Assembly (NCBI GenBank): GCA_964304625.1
Contig: OZ199839.1
Span: 965,980-1,029,979 of the forward strand
Direction: 5' to 3'
Length of the DNA: 64,000 bases
From: Kudoa neothunni
Lineage: Eukaryota > Animalia > Cnidaria
Numbering within the stretch: the first letter of the stretch is position 1; every line of letters begins with the position of its first letter. Below are positions 40,928-52,580 of this stretch, in pieces. The notes under the pieces were generated by a model, which did not search any database, had not been told where the DNA came from, and worked only from the letters and a program-made list of their open reading frames with translations. A program made the translations under genes and the position numbers.

Positions 40928-43900
40928 TTACGTGCGGTTTGGTGGAGAAGATTTCGTTTTCGCCACTCCCTGTAAGGGGGGTTGCGAAGACGGAATCTTG
41001 GGAGGTATCTTCATCGGCTTTTTGGATGGTTGGGATAGTGGTTTTTGGATGGATTTCTTAATGGATTTTTTGCGCGATGAAGGTGGAGGTGGAGGCGCCA
41101 AAGTCATCACTGGGGTAGCTTTGATAACCATGGGTGGCGTCACAGATTTCTTCTTCTGGGGAGGTGGATTTTTAAAGATATCATCAGTTTGGGATAGAAA
41201 CACTTGGGATGATTGGGAGTTTTGAGGAGAGTTGGAGGTGGGAATTTCAATTGTTGGGATGACTTGTTGGATAGTCTTGATGATATTGGTGGATTTGGTT
41301 GCTGGAGTGCGTTTTTTAGGCGCGTTTCGCAGCAGTGGTTTTTGGTTGTCCACATAGACACCATTTCTACAAATGGGTGTAGCGGAGGTTCCAAAGACAT
41401 GGGCTCTCCAGATGGTCGAAGAGTCCAAGAGAACAGATCTGGTGATTGCTTTCTTTAAGGCTGACACCCTCTTTTTGTTTTTAACAAAAAGAGCTTTATA
41501 TACATCATTATTGGGCTCATAATGAGCCCCCAAAGAACCGTAGATCAGCGCATAAAGTTGGCACGAGTAGCCCTTTTCCATCCATTGTGATTGCTCCTCC
41601 CTGTACTTGGCAACCTTGTGTTGGTGTACTTCTTCCAGGCGAGAGAGTGACGATTCGAAGGTGATGGAAACGTCGCAGATAATGACATCTTTGGTTTGGT
41701 CATTGAGGAGTACAATATCTGGTCGACGGTTAGAGGGGATCTGTGGGAAAATGGTGTCGAGGAATGTCACCCAATTCTTATTGGGCTTCATCTGTTCAGC
41801 GATGAGGTCAACAATATGGTTGTGTCGAGCGGACCTTGCTCTTTCACCGAACTTGCAGCCACCCAGAATATGTCCTAGGTGTTCCGTTGCCACATGGCAA
41901 CGTCTACAGTCGGATTCAGAACAAAGTTTACGTATTTTCAATACGCACTTTGTGGGGAGCGCATTCACTCGCGCCAGGATGCCAAAGCGGTAGACATAGG
42001 GAGATACATCACCTTGGTTAATCCAGGAGTTTGCGACTTTGCTTCCCACAAAACACTCAACGGATCGTCCCTGCATACGCTGAGACTTCCATACGTCGAG
42101 GAACATCGACTGAACATGCCACCGAATACGGCGTACTCGGGTGGCACCTCGCTGTTGATGAGGGGGAATGTGTGGTGGCGGACTGAGGTAATCAGAGTCA
42201 ATGTCAATCTTTGAGGGAGACTGTTCATCGGCTTGCTTGACTTGGAGTCCAAGAGACTTTGCATTCAAGCGGATGCTAGAGAAGATACTTCTCACGTCTC
42301 TGGACTTGATATACTCAGTGTCCCTGTTAAAATAGTCCTCAGGGGTGAGACTTTCGTTGGTTCTCTTACCAACGATGGATAAAATTGCGTCCTCAGACAG
42401 TTTGGCGACTCTTTCATCCGCGGAATGGATGAGGTTGAGTGCGGAGGCTAATCGGAGGGCACAAAAGTCGAGTTTAAGGCATCTCAGACCGAATCCCCCC
42501 ACTGCACATGGAGTGTACAGTAGGGACTTTGTAACAGATTCGGGCATAGCTAACCAATGGCGAACTGATGACCGAATCTCAGAATCGATTTTCTTGAGGT
42601 CCTCGATGCGGATAATGTTATTCTTCATAGAATACTCAAGGGTGGGCATTAAGTAAGTTTTCGTGAGGTTAATCTTCATAAAGTGCAGTAGGGGAGCGTT
42701 TGAAACTTTTTGAAGGTTCTCACTAAACTTAGGGAAGCAAGGTGGCAGGTCTTTAAACGACTTTAGATTTTTACAGGTACCTAGGTACTTATAAAAATCC
42801 TCCATCAGCGGGATTGGCACACCTTGGAGAACATATGGTTGGATTAATGTGGAATTTACAATGCGTGTTTTATTCTTAAATGTGACATTAAGTGTCGCAC
42901 TCTTGGAATGGTTAATGCGCAGACCAAGATCATTAATAAATGCTTCGAATTGATGGAGGAGGACATTCATTTGGATATTATTCTCGGTCAGCAACACAAT
43001 GTCATCGGCATATGCCAACGCACCAAAAACCTGACCGTGAAGTTTATATCCCTGTTTTGAGTCATCAATTCGTCGCAAAAAGGGGTCCAAAACGAGGTTA
43101 AAAAGTAGGGGGGATAAGGGGCATCCCTGTCGTACACCTTTACCATAAGGATAAAGGTAGCCAGTTCCGCCGCTCTTATCCGTAACCTCGTTGAAGCTGT
43201 TTGCGTACATATGTTTTAAGAGGTTGGTGATTTGATGGGGGATATTAAAGTGGTTAAGTTGCTTTAATATCTCGGAATGGGGGACGGTATCGAAGGCCTT
43301 TTTCAGGTCTATCCAGACAGCTGATAGAGGGTTCTTCTCACGTCGTACGTCATCTAAAATTTCCTGGAGAATGAATGCGTGTTCAACGCATCCATTTCCA
43401 CCGACGAATCCTTTTTGAGACGGGCTTAGTTCAACTAGGGAGGCGAGCTTTTTATTGACCACACTCATAAACAATCTGTAGATTGTTTGCGTAATAGAGA
43501 TTGGTCTATACGCTGAGGGGTCCAACACATTAATTTCGCCGTCGGTCTTTGGCAGGAGTATGAGACGGCTAACAAGCCAATCATCAGGGACTCGCTCAGA
43601 ATTAAGGATCCTGTTGAACAACTTTGCTAGATGAGAATCCATAGAGGGCACCTTTTTCCAAAAGGCCATATGTATTCCATCCTTACCAGGGGCAGTATCT
43701 TTCTTTGCGCGGTCCAGAGCAGCACTGACTTCTTCATCAGCAATATAAAAATCGCTGAATCGGTTACCAGACTGATAGAGGGCTTCTGTGGTATACGGCA
43801 CCGGTTCTACTTCATTAAGTGATACTTGAGAAGAGATTTTAACTTTCTCAGGGGGCTTAATAAAAGTAGGTTCTTCATCATCTAGCTTAGAGGCTGGAGA

Positions 43901-46573
43901 GGCTAAAGGGCTAAAGTTGGGAAATTTAAACTTAGGGGTAGGTGGAGACAACGGTTCACGGAATATGAGGTCTTCAGGCGCAACCTTTTCAGGCTCACCA
44001 TCATTAGATTCATTTTCAACATGATCCGAAGGAAGAGAAGACATTTGACTGTTATCCAAAGCTGGAATCTTAATAGGGGAAAGTTCGTCAGCATTCGTAC
44101 CACAGAGAATTGTCTTAACGTCGTTGGAGTTGATGAAGGAGAGAGAATCAACTATTTCTTCAGCAGATGCTTCGCACCACTTTGGCCTAGCCTCAGTTAT
44201 TTCACGAAAACATCGCTTTTGGTTACAGCGATATAAAACACGCAGACGTTTTGCTTCATTTTTAGGGGCTTTTTCAACTGGAGAATCATCTTTAATGGTG
44301 ACTTGAGTGGTTGATTCTTCAGGTGCATCTTGAGTCGGTGTAGGGGAAGCAAGAATATTCTTTAAAGCTTCATCGACAAAGGTTTTCGCGGGCTCCGGAG
44401 CTTTCGGATGGTAAACCATCTTCAGTTCTTTTGCACCGTTATGCGCCGTTGTGATGAAGTGAGTATATAAATCATTAATGGGTAATTCAGAGTGAGTGGA
44501 CATAACAGACCTGAGCTCATTAGAGACGCGCTCCAATGTTTCAGCTTGTTTCTTACGAAACTCAGCTGCCCTTTTACGAATTTTGTCATGTTTCTCACGA
44601 GCCGCTATTTCATTCATTACTTCCTCCGGAATTGAAGAGGTTTCATGTGCTTTTTCATTGGCGGCATCACGTTTGGCTTGTAAATAAGATGGGGGTGGTG
44701 GAACAAAGATAGAGCGCAGTTCGGAATCTGCGATATCTTTTTCCAGAGCGGAAAGATCTAGAGGTTTGTCTAGATTTGGGTTGAGTGGGATTGTATCAAC
44801 ATTTTCATGAGATTTAAAGGATTTTTGTCGACAATCACGCAAATAATTATCAACAAAGGCAAGAGAGTGTTGGCGTTTACTTGGTTTTAATTTGGATTGA
44901 GCAAAGATAGAATCATTAGGCGTAAAAATAACTTCCTCAACATTAGGCTCAAACTCGGACATAATTAATGGTGTAGCGCAAACTTTCTCCTCATTAAGTG
45001 CTTCCACATCAATATCGGAATTGTTAATAATAATAGATTCATCAATATTGACGAGTTGCATAGAATTAAGAGCTTTTTCATTAGAATTACCATCAATTAA
45101 CTCATTATGGTGCTCAATGTTAGATTTGGTTAAATTACTCGATTTAACACGCTCATTCAACTTCTTACTAATTATAGTAGGTATAAATTTGCCAAACTTA
45201 TTCTTAGTAAGCGCGGATTTTGATTTTTTGGGTTTAACGTTAACTGGTTTAGCTTTAAACTCATTTGGAGCATCTGCGTCATTAAACACGATATCGCTAT
45301 CGTCCTCACTTAAAACTTTAGAATTCTGACCAATAAATTCCATGTTTTCATTTTTAATGGCGTTTGCTGCGTTAAGTGGTTGAAAAGGTGTAAATTTAGC
45401 ACTATCATTATTCAATGAATCATGCGCAGGCAACACCGAAGTGTCGTCGTCGTCGTTTACACTTAAAATTGATTCATTATCACCAGATTCAACGTCGTTT
45501 AATTCAGTATAACCTTCCATACCTTCATAAACAACGTTAAATGCTGGGTTTCCTACAGTTAACTTGCTCATAAACATTGCGTGAGCATCTGGATCAACTA
45601 CCAAACCATTAATGTTCTGCAATGCTTTAAAGCTATCAAACGAAGAAAAAATTTTATTATTGGTGGAATTAACAACGCTAAAAGGTTGTTCTAACTCGCA
45701 ATTATCACTGTTGTACTCAATACTATCAACAGGTGGATTATTAAGGTTATTGTTACTCATTAATATGAGATTAGGTTGAAAATTGTTACGAGCTTTGCCA
45801 GAACGAGTAGAAGATGATTTTTTAATGTTGTCTGATTTAATATAACTGAGGAAAGAATCTAAATTGTCATGAGAGGCAAATTTAGATTCAAAGTCACGGC
45901 CGGAGATTAGGACCAGATTATCTGCGACAATAACATTCCCATCGTCATTATACAGGATTAAAGGTAGTGTGTTGTTATTTATCATGAAAAGAGCACTCTG
46001 ACGGATACTCTTTAACAAATTGTTAATTTCCGATTTTTTAGTGCCAGATGGCACCGCTTTCGGCTTATTAGAGCGCAATGAAACTTTTGATGCTGAGTCA
46101 CTATCGGCACGTTGCACGTGCAAATTAAAGTCGTTAGTTTTATAAGGAAAAGTGGAGTTGTTAGATGCATCAATACAATCATTAGATGTAACATTTGCAC
46201 TACTATCTATCGATAACGCAGTAATAGGCAAAGTACCTTGTTTGTAGGCCATAGAGAGGGTGGGATCTTCGGACAACTTTGATGATATATCTTCAGAAAA
46301 AGTTAACTCAACAAAGCGGGCTATACGTTGGAGAAAAGGAGACCCTTGGAGCTTCAAACGCCGACGTCGCAGAAACTCATCAAGGTAATATTGAATGAAA
46401 TCTGAGTAGCCTGTTAGGTCGACTTCAGCTAAACTGAGGTCAAACCCAACAAAAATGGCATCGTTAGATTCCTTATAACCTAACCAACCATCTAGTGCTA
46501 AAATTTCGCGTTTTCGAGCTGAAAAAAAGGTCGAAAAACGAAAAATTTCGCCTGGTAGGGGGCTCGAACCCAT
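40928..46573 (-). CDS. 1881-aa reverse transcriptase / CCHC / restriction-like endonuclease protein
   Basis: APGKDGI, YRPISI, QKGF, WIDLKKAFDTV, GVRQGCPLSPLLFN, YADD, YKYLG, GGFGL, CRRC..TEHLGHILGGC, RHN, RPDIV..DV...K..KY. Pre-RT KRLRVLYRCNQKRCFREI resembles the Utopia/NeSL motif. Confidence 0.95.
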   Translation of the reverse strand: MGSSPLPGEIFRFSTFFSARKREILALDGWLGYKESNDAIFVGFDLSLAEVDLTGYSDFIQYYLDEFLRRRRLKLQGSPFLQRIARFVELTFSEDISSKLSEDPTLSMAYKQGTLPITALSIDSSANVTSNDCIDASNNSTFPYKTNDFNLHVQRADSDSASKVSLRSNKPKAVPSGTKKSEINNLLKSIRQSALFMINNNTLPLILYNDDGNVIVADNLVLISGRDFESKFASHDNLDSFLSYIKSDNIKKSSSTRSGKARNNFQPNLILMSNNNLNNPPVDSIEYNSDNCELEQPFSVVNSTNNKIFSSFDSFKALQNINGLVVDPDAHAMFMSKLTVGNPAFNVVYEGMEGYTELNDVESGDNESILSVNDDDDTSVLPAHDSLNNDSAKFTPFQPLNAANAIKNENMEFIGQNSKVLSEDDSDIVFNDADAPNEFKAKPVNVKPKKSKSALTKNKFGKFIPTIISKKLNERVKSSNLTKSNIEHHNELIDGNSNEKALNSMQLVNIDESIIINNSDIDVEALNEEKVCATPLIMSEFEPNVEEVIFTPNDSIFAQSKLKPSKRQHSLAFVDNYLRDCRQKSFKSHENVDTIPLNPNLDKPLDLSALEKDIADSELRSIFVPPPPSYLQAKRDAANEKAHETSSIPEEVMNEIAAREKHDKIRKRAAEFRKKQAETLERVSNELRSVMSTHSELPINDLYTHFITTAHNGAKELKMVYHPKAPEPAKTFVDEALKNILASPTPTQDAPEESTTQVTIKDDSPVEKAPKNEAKRLRVLYRCNQKRCFREITEARPKWCEASAEEIVDSLSFINSNDVKTILCGTNADELSPIKIPALDNSQMSSLPSDHVENESNDGEPEKVAPEDLIFREPLSPPTPKFKFPNFSPLASPASKLDDEEPTFIKPPEKVKISSQVSLNEVEPVPYTTEALYQSGNRFSDFYIADEEVSAALDRAKKDTAPGKDGIHMAFWKKVPSMDSHLAKLFNRILNSERVPDDWLVSRLILLPKTDGEINVLDPSAYRPISITQTIYRLFMSVVNKKLASLVELSPSQKGFVGGNGCVEHAFILQEILDDVRREKNPLSAVWIDLKKAFDTVPHSEILKQLNHFNIPHQITNLLKHMYANSFNEVTDKSGGTGYLYPYGKGVRQGCPLSPLLFNLVLDPFLRRIDDSKQGYKLHGQVFGALAYADDIVLLTENNIQMNVLLHQFEAFINDLGLRINHSKSATLNVTFKNKTRIVNSTLIQPYVLQGVPIPLMEDFYKYLGTCKNLKSFKDLPPCFPKFSENLQKVSNAPLLHFMKINLTKTYLMPTLEYSMKNNIIRIEDLKKIDSEIRSSVRHWLAMPESVTKSLLYTPCAVGGFGLRCLKLDFCALRLASALNLIHSADERVAKLSEDAILSIVGKRTNESLTPEDYFNRDTEYIKSRDVRSIFSSIRLNAKSLGLQVKQADEQSPSKIDIDSDYLSPPPHIPPHQQRGATRVRRIRWHVQSMFLDVWKSQRMQGRSVECFVGSKVANSWINQGDVSPYVYRFGILARVNALPTKCVLKIRKLCSESDCRRCHVATEHLGHILGGCKFGERARSARHNHIVDLIAEQMKPNKNWVTFLDTIFPQIPSNRRPDIVLLNDQTKDVIICDVSITFESSLSRLEEVHQHKVAKYREEQSQWMEKGYSCQLYALIYGSLGAHYEPNNDVYKALFVKNKKRVSALKKAITRSVLLDSSTIWRAHVFGTSATPICRNGVYVDNQKPLLRNAPKKRTPATKSTNIIKTIQQVIPTIEIPTSNSPQNSQSSQVFLSQTDDIFKNPPPQKKKSVTPPMVIKATPVMTLAPPPPPSSRKKSIKKSIQKPLSQPSKKPMKIPPKIPSSQPPLQGVAKTKSSPPNRT

Positions 46574-46582
46574 GGCCTCAAG
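46549..46582 (-). pseudogene. tRNA 3' half, junction 2
   Basis: Identical 34-mer to 40758-40791; overlaps the first codons of the A1 ORF. Confidence 0.8.
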
Positions 46583-46718
46583 TACACAAAAATAGCGGGA
46601 AAAATAGTGTTTGTAAACTAATCTAATAAATGTTTATTTTGGGAAGGTGGAAGTTGGAATTGGGATGGTCCTTGATTGGTTGGATGATCTAAATAAAAAT
46701 TAACAATTATTAAACAAG

Positions 46719-49700
46719 TTACGTGCGGTTTGGTGGAGAAGATTTCGTTTTCGCCACTCCCTGTAAGGGGGGTTGCGAAGACGGAATCTTGGGAGGTATC
46801 TTCATCGGCTTTTTGGATGGTTGGGATAGTGGTTTTTGGATGGATTTCTTAATGGATTTTTTGCGCGATGAAGGTGGAGGTGGAGGCGCCAAAGTCATCA
46901 CTGGGGTAGCTTTGATAACCATGGGTGGCGTCACAGATTTCTTCTTCTGGGGAGGTGGATTTTTAAAGATATCATCAGTTTGGGATAGAAACACTTGGGA
47001 TGATTGGGAGTTTTGAGGAGAGTTGGAGGTGGGAATTTCAATTGTTGGGATGACTTGTTGGATAGTCTTGATGATATTGGTGGATTTGGTTGCTGGAGTG
47101 CGTTTTTTAGGCGCGTTTCGCAGCAGTGGTTTTTGGTTGTCCACATAGACACCATTTCTACAAATGGGTGTAGCGGAGGTTCCAAAGACATGGGCTCTCC
47201 AGATGGTCGAAGAGTCCAAGAGAACAGATCTGGTGATTGCTTTCTTTAAGGCTGACACCCTCTTTTTGTTTTTAACAAAAAGAGCTTTATATACATCATT
47301 ATTGGGCTCATAATGAGCCCCCAAAGAACCGTAGATCAGCGCATAAAGTTGGCACGAGTAGCCCTTTTCCATCCATTGTGATTGCTCCTCCCTGTACTTG
47401 GCAACCTTGTGTTGGTGTACTTCTTCCAGGCGAGAGAGTGACGATTCGAAGGTGATGGAAACGTCGCAGATAATGACATCTTTGGTTTGGTCATTGAGGA
47501 GTACAATATCTGGTCGACGGTTAGAGGGGATCTGTGGGAAAATGGTGTCGAGGAATGTCACCCAATTCTTATTGGGCTTCATCTGTTCAGCGATGAGGTC
47601 AACAATATGGTTGTGTCGAGCGGACCTTGCTCTTTCACCGAACTTGCAGCCACCCAGAATATGTCCTAGGTGTTCCGTTGCCACATGGCAACGTCTACAG
47701 TCGGATTCAGAACAAAGTTTACGTATTTTCAATACGCACTTTGTGGGGAGCGCATTCACTCGCGCCAGGATGCCAAAGCGGTAGACATAGGGAGATACAT
47801 CACCTTGGTTAATCCAGGAGTTTGCGACTTTGCTTCCCACAAAACACTCAACGGATCGTCCCTGCATACGCTGAGACTTCCATACGTCGAGGAACATCGA
47901 CTGAACATGCCACCGAATACGGCGTACTCGGGTGGCACCTCGCTGTTGATGAGGGGGAATGTGTGGTGGCGGACTGAGGTAATCAGAGTCAATGTCAATC
48001 TTTGAGGGAGACTGTTCATCGGCTTGCTTGACTTGGAGTCCAAGAGACTTTGCATTCAAGCGGATGCTAGAGAAGATACTTCTCACGTCTCTGGACTTGA
48101 TATACTCAGTGTCCCTGTTAAAATAGTCCTCAGGGGTGAGACTTTCGTTGGTTCTCTTACCAACGATGGATAAAATTGCGTCCTCAGACAGTTTGGCGAC
48201 TCTTTCATCCGCGGAATGGATGAGGTTGAGTGCGGAGGCTAATCGGAGGGCACAAAAGTCGAGTTTAAGGCATCTCAGACCGAATCCCCCCACTGCACAT
48301 GGAGTGTACAGTAGGGACTTTGTAACAGATTCGGGCATAGCTAACCAATGGCGAACTGATGACCGAATCTCAGAATCGATTTTCTTGAGGTCCTCGATGC
48401 GGATAATGTTATTCTTCATAGAATACTCAAGGGTGGGCATTAAGTAAGTTTTCGTGAGGTTAATCTTCATAAAGTGCAGTAGGGGAGCGTTTGAAACTTT
48501 TTGAAGGTTCTCACTAAACTTAGGGAAGCAAGGTGGCAGGTCTTTAAACGACTTTAGATTTTTACAGGTACCTAGGTACTTATAAAAATCCTCCATCAGC
48601 GGGATTGGCACACCTTGGAGAACATATGGTTGGATTAATGTGGAATTTACAATGCGCGTTTTATTCTTAAATGTGACATTAAGTGTCGCACTCTTGGAAT
48701 GGTTAATGCGCAGACCAAGATCATTAATAAATGCTTCGAATTGATGGAGGAGGACATTCATTTGGATATTATTCTCGGTCAGCAACACAATGTCATCGGC
48801 ATATGCCAACGCACCAAAAACCTGACCGTGAAGTTTATATCCCTGTTTTGAGTCATCAATTCGTCGCAAAAAGGGGTCCAAAACGAGGTTAAAAAGTAGG
48901 GGGGATAAGGGGCATCCCTGTCGTACACCTTTACCATAAGGATAAAGGTAGCCAGTTCCGCCGCTCTTATCCGTAACCTCGTTGAAGCTGTTTGCGTACA
49001 TATGTTTTAAGAGGTTGGTGATTTGATGGGGGATATTAAAGTGGTTAAGTTGCTTTAATATCTCGGAATGGGGGACGGTATCGAAGGCCTTTTTCAGGTC
49101 TATCCAGACAGCTGATAGAGGGTTCTTCTCACGTCGTACGTCATCTAAAATTTCCTGGAGAATGAATGCGTGTTCAACGCATCCATTTCCACCGACGAAT
49201 CCTTTTTGAGACGGGCTTAGTTCAACTAGGGAGGCGAGCTTTTTATTGACCACACTCATAAACAATCTGTAGATTGTTTGCGTAATAGAGATTGGTCTAT
49301 ACGCTGAGGGGTCCAACACATTAATTTCGCCGTCGGTCTTTGGCAGGAGTATGAGACGGCTAACAAGCCAATCATCAGGGACTCGCTCAGAATTAAGGAT
49401 CCTGTTGAACAACATTGCTAGATGAGAATCCATAGAGGGCACCTTTTTCCAAAAGGCCATATGTATTCCATCCTTACCAGGGGCAGTATCTTTCTTTGCG
49501 CGGTCCAGAGCAGCACTGACTTCTTCATCAGCAATATAAAAAATCGCTGAATCGGTTACCAGACTGATAGAGGGCTTCTGTGGTATACGGCACCGGTTCT
49601 ACTTCATTAAGTGATACTTGAGAAGAGATTTTAACTTTCTCAGGGGGCTTAATAAAAGTAGGTTCTTCATCATCTAGCTTAGAGGCTGGAGAGGCTAAAG

Positions 49701-52365
49701 GGCTAAAGTTGGGAAATTTAAACTTAGGGGTAGGTGGAGACAACGGTTCACGGAATATGAGGTCTTCAGGCGCAACCTTTTCAGGCTCACCATCATTAGA
49801 TTCATTTTCAACATGATCCGAAGGAAGAGAAGACATTTGACTGTTATCCAAAGCTGGAATCTTAATAGGGGAAAGTTCGTCAGCATTCGTACCACAGAGA
49901 ATTGTCTTAACGTCGTTGGAGTTGATGAAGGAGAGAGAATCAACTATTTCTTCAGCAGATGCTTCGCACCACTTTGGCCTAGCCTCAGTTATTTCACGAA
50001 AACATCGCTTTTGGTTACAGCGATATAAAACACGCAGACGTTTTGCTTCATTTTTAGGGGCTTTTTCAACTGGAGAATCATCTTTAATGGTGACTTGAGT
50101 GGTTGATTCTTCAGGTGCATCTTGAGTCGGTGTAGGGGAAGCAAGAATATTCTTTAAAGCTTCATCGACAAAGGTTTTCGCGGGCTCCGGAGCTTTCGGA
50201 TGGTAAACCATCTTCAGTTCTTTTGCACCGTTATGCGCCGTTGTGATGAAGTGAGTATATAAATCATTAATGGGTAATTCAGAGTGAGTGGACATAACAG
50301 ACCTGAGCTCATTAGAGACGCGCTCCAATGTTTCAGCTTGTTTCTTACGAAACTCAGCTGCCCTTTTACGAATTTTGTCATGTTTCTCACGAGCCGCTAT
50401 TTCATTCATTACTTCCTCCGGAATTGAAGAGGTTTCATGTGCTTTTTCATTGGCGGCATCACGTTTGGCTTGTAAATAAGATGGGGGTGGTGGAACAAAG
50501 ATAGAGCGCAGTTCGGAATCTGCGATATCTTTTTCCAGAGCGGAAAGATCTAGAGGTTTGTCTAGATTTGGGTTGAGTGGGATTGTATCAACATTTTCAT
50601 GAGATTTAAAGGATTTTTGTCGACAATCACGCAAATAATTATCAACAAAGGCAAGAGAGTGTTGGCGTTTACTTGGTTTTAATTTGGATTGAGCAAAGAT
50701 AGAATCATTAGGCGTAAAAATAACTTCCTCAACATTAGGCTCAAACTCGGACATAATTAATGGTGTAGCGCAAACTTTCTCCTCATTAAGTGCTTCCACA
50801 TCAATATCGGAATTGTTAATAATAATAGATTCATCAATATTGACGGGTTGCATAGAATTAAGAGCTTTTTCATTAGAATTACCATCAATTAACTCATTAT
50901 GGTGCTCAATGTTAGATTTGGTTAAATTACTCGATTTAACACGCTCATTCAACTTCTTACTAATTATAGTAGGTATAAATTTGCCAAACTTATTCTTAGT
51001 AAGCGCGGATTTTGATTTTTTGGGTTTAACGTTAACTGGTTTAGCTTTAAACTCATTTGGAGCATCTGCGTCATTAAACACGATATCGCTATCGTCCTCA
51101 CTTAAAACTTTAGAATTCTGACCAATAAATTCCATGTTTTCATTTTTAATGGCGTTTGCTGCGTTAAGTGGTTGAAAAGGTGTAAATTTAGCACTATCAT
51201 TATTCAATGAATCATGCGCAGGCAACACCGAAGTGTCGTCGTCGTCGTTTACACTTAAAATTGATTCATTATCACCAGATTCAACGTCGTTTAATTCAGT
51301 ATAACCTTCCATACCTTCATAAACAACGTTAAATGCTGGGTTTCCTACAGTTAACTTGCTCATAAACATTGCGTGAGCATCTGGATCAACTACCAAACCA
51401 TTAATGTTCTGCAATGCTTTAAAGCTATCAAACGAAGAAAAAATTTTATTATTGGTGGAATTAACAACGCTAAAAGGTTGTTCTAACTCGCAATTATCAC
51501 TGTTGTACTCAATACTATCAACAGGTGGATTATTAAGGTTATTGTTACTCATTAATATGAGATTAGGTTGAAAATTGTTACGAGCTTTGCCAGAACGAGT
51601 AGAAGATGATTTTTTAATGTTATCTGATTTAATATAACTAAGGAAAGAATCTAAATTGTCATGAGAGGCGAATTTAGATTCAAAGTCACGGCCGGAGATT
51701 AGGACCAGATTATCTGCGACAATAACATTCCCATCGTCATTATACAGGATTAAAGGTAGTGTGTTGTTATTTATCATGAAAAGAGCACTCTGACGGATAC
51801 TCTTTAACAAATTGTTAATTTCCGATTTTTTAGTGCCAGATGGCACCGCTTTCGGCTTATTAGAGCGCAATGAAACTTTTGATGCTGAGTCTCTATCGGC
51901 ACGTTGCACGTGCAAATTAAAGTCGTTAGTTTTATAAGGAAAAGTGGAGTTGTTAGATGCATCAATACGATCATTAGATGTAACATTTGCACTACTATCT
52001 ATCGATAACGCAGTAATAGGCAAAGTACCTTGTTTGTAGGCCATAGAGAGGGTGGAATCTTCGGACAACTTTGATGATATATCTTCAGAAAAAGTTAACT
52101 CAACAAAGCGGGCTATACGTTGGAGGAAAGGAGACCCTTGGAGCTTCAAACGCCGACGTCGCAGAAACTCATCAAGGTAATATTGAATGAAATCTGAGTA
52201 GCCTGTTAGGTCGACTTCAGCTAAACTGAGGTCAAACCCAACAAAAATGGCATCGTTAGATTCCTTATAACCTAACCAACCATCTAGTGCTAAAATTTCG
52301 CGTTTTCGAGCTGAAAAAAAGGTCGAAAAACGAAAAATTTCGCCTGGTAGGGGGCTCGAACCCAT
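46719..52365 (-). CDS. RT/RLE protein of A2, split by a single homopolymer +1 indel (ORFs 49528-52365 and 46719-49460)
   Basis: Both halves match the 1881-aa A1 protein; A6 versus A5 at about 49538-49543. Confidence 0.85.
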
Positions 52366-52374
52366 GGCCTCAAG
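52341..52374 (-). pseudogene. tRNA 3' half, junction 3 (B1/A2 boundary)
   Basis: Identical 34-mer. Confidence 0.8.
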
Positions 52375-52580
52375 AACAATACAATATAGATCCGTAGATC
52401 AGTAAAATAAGTGTTATAGAATTAAACTAAATAAGTTTGAAGCGAATCGGATGGAAATTGATGGAGATATGGACGATTTGGTGATTTTTGGGTTTTCGGA
52501 AAACTTCGGTCACTTACGAGTATAGTCGTTGAAAAGGGGACATTGAGTTAGGATGGTGTGGAAATTTTGGTGGAGATTGG

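Larger units (their letters stand above)
40792..46582 (-). mobile_element. Non-LTR retrotransposon family A, copy A1 (5791 bp, intact), R2 group, NeSL/Utopia-like
   Basis: Single long ORF with RT and RLE, bounded by identical junction blocks; 136-nt 3' UTR with no poly(A). Confidence 0.93.
46583..52374 (-). mobile_element. Family A copy A2 (5792 bp)
   Basis: Near-identical to A1 (about ten substitutions seen by eye) plus one extra base in an A-run near 49540. Confidence 0.93.

Noticed and set aside
40792-52374. A1/A2 as an assembly duplication artefact
   Set aside because: About ten scattered substitutions distinguish them (for example P/S, C/R, S/R, L/P, K/M). B1/B2 are less clearly distinct and need read support.
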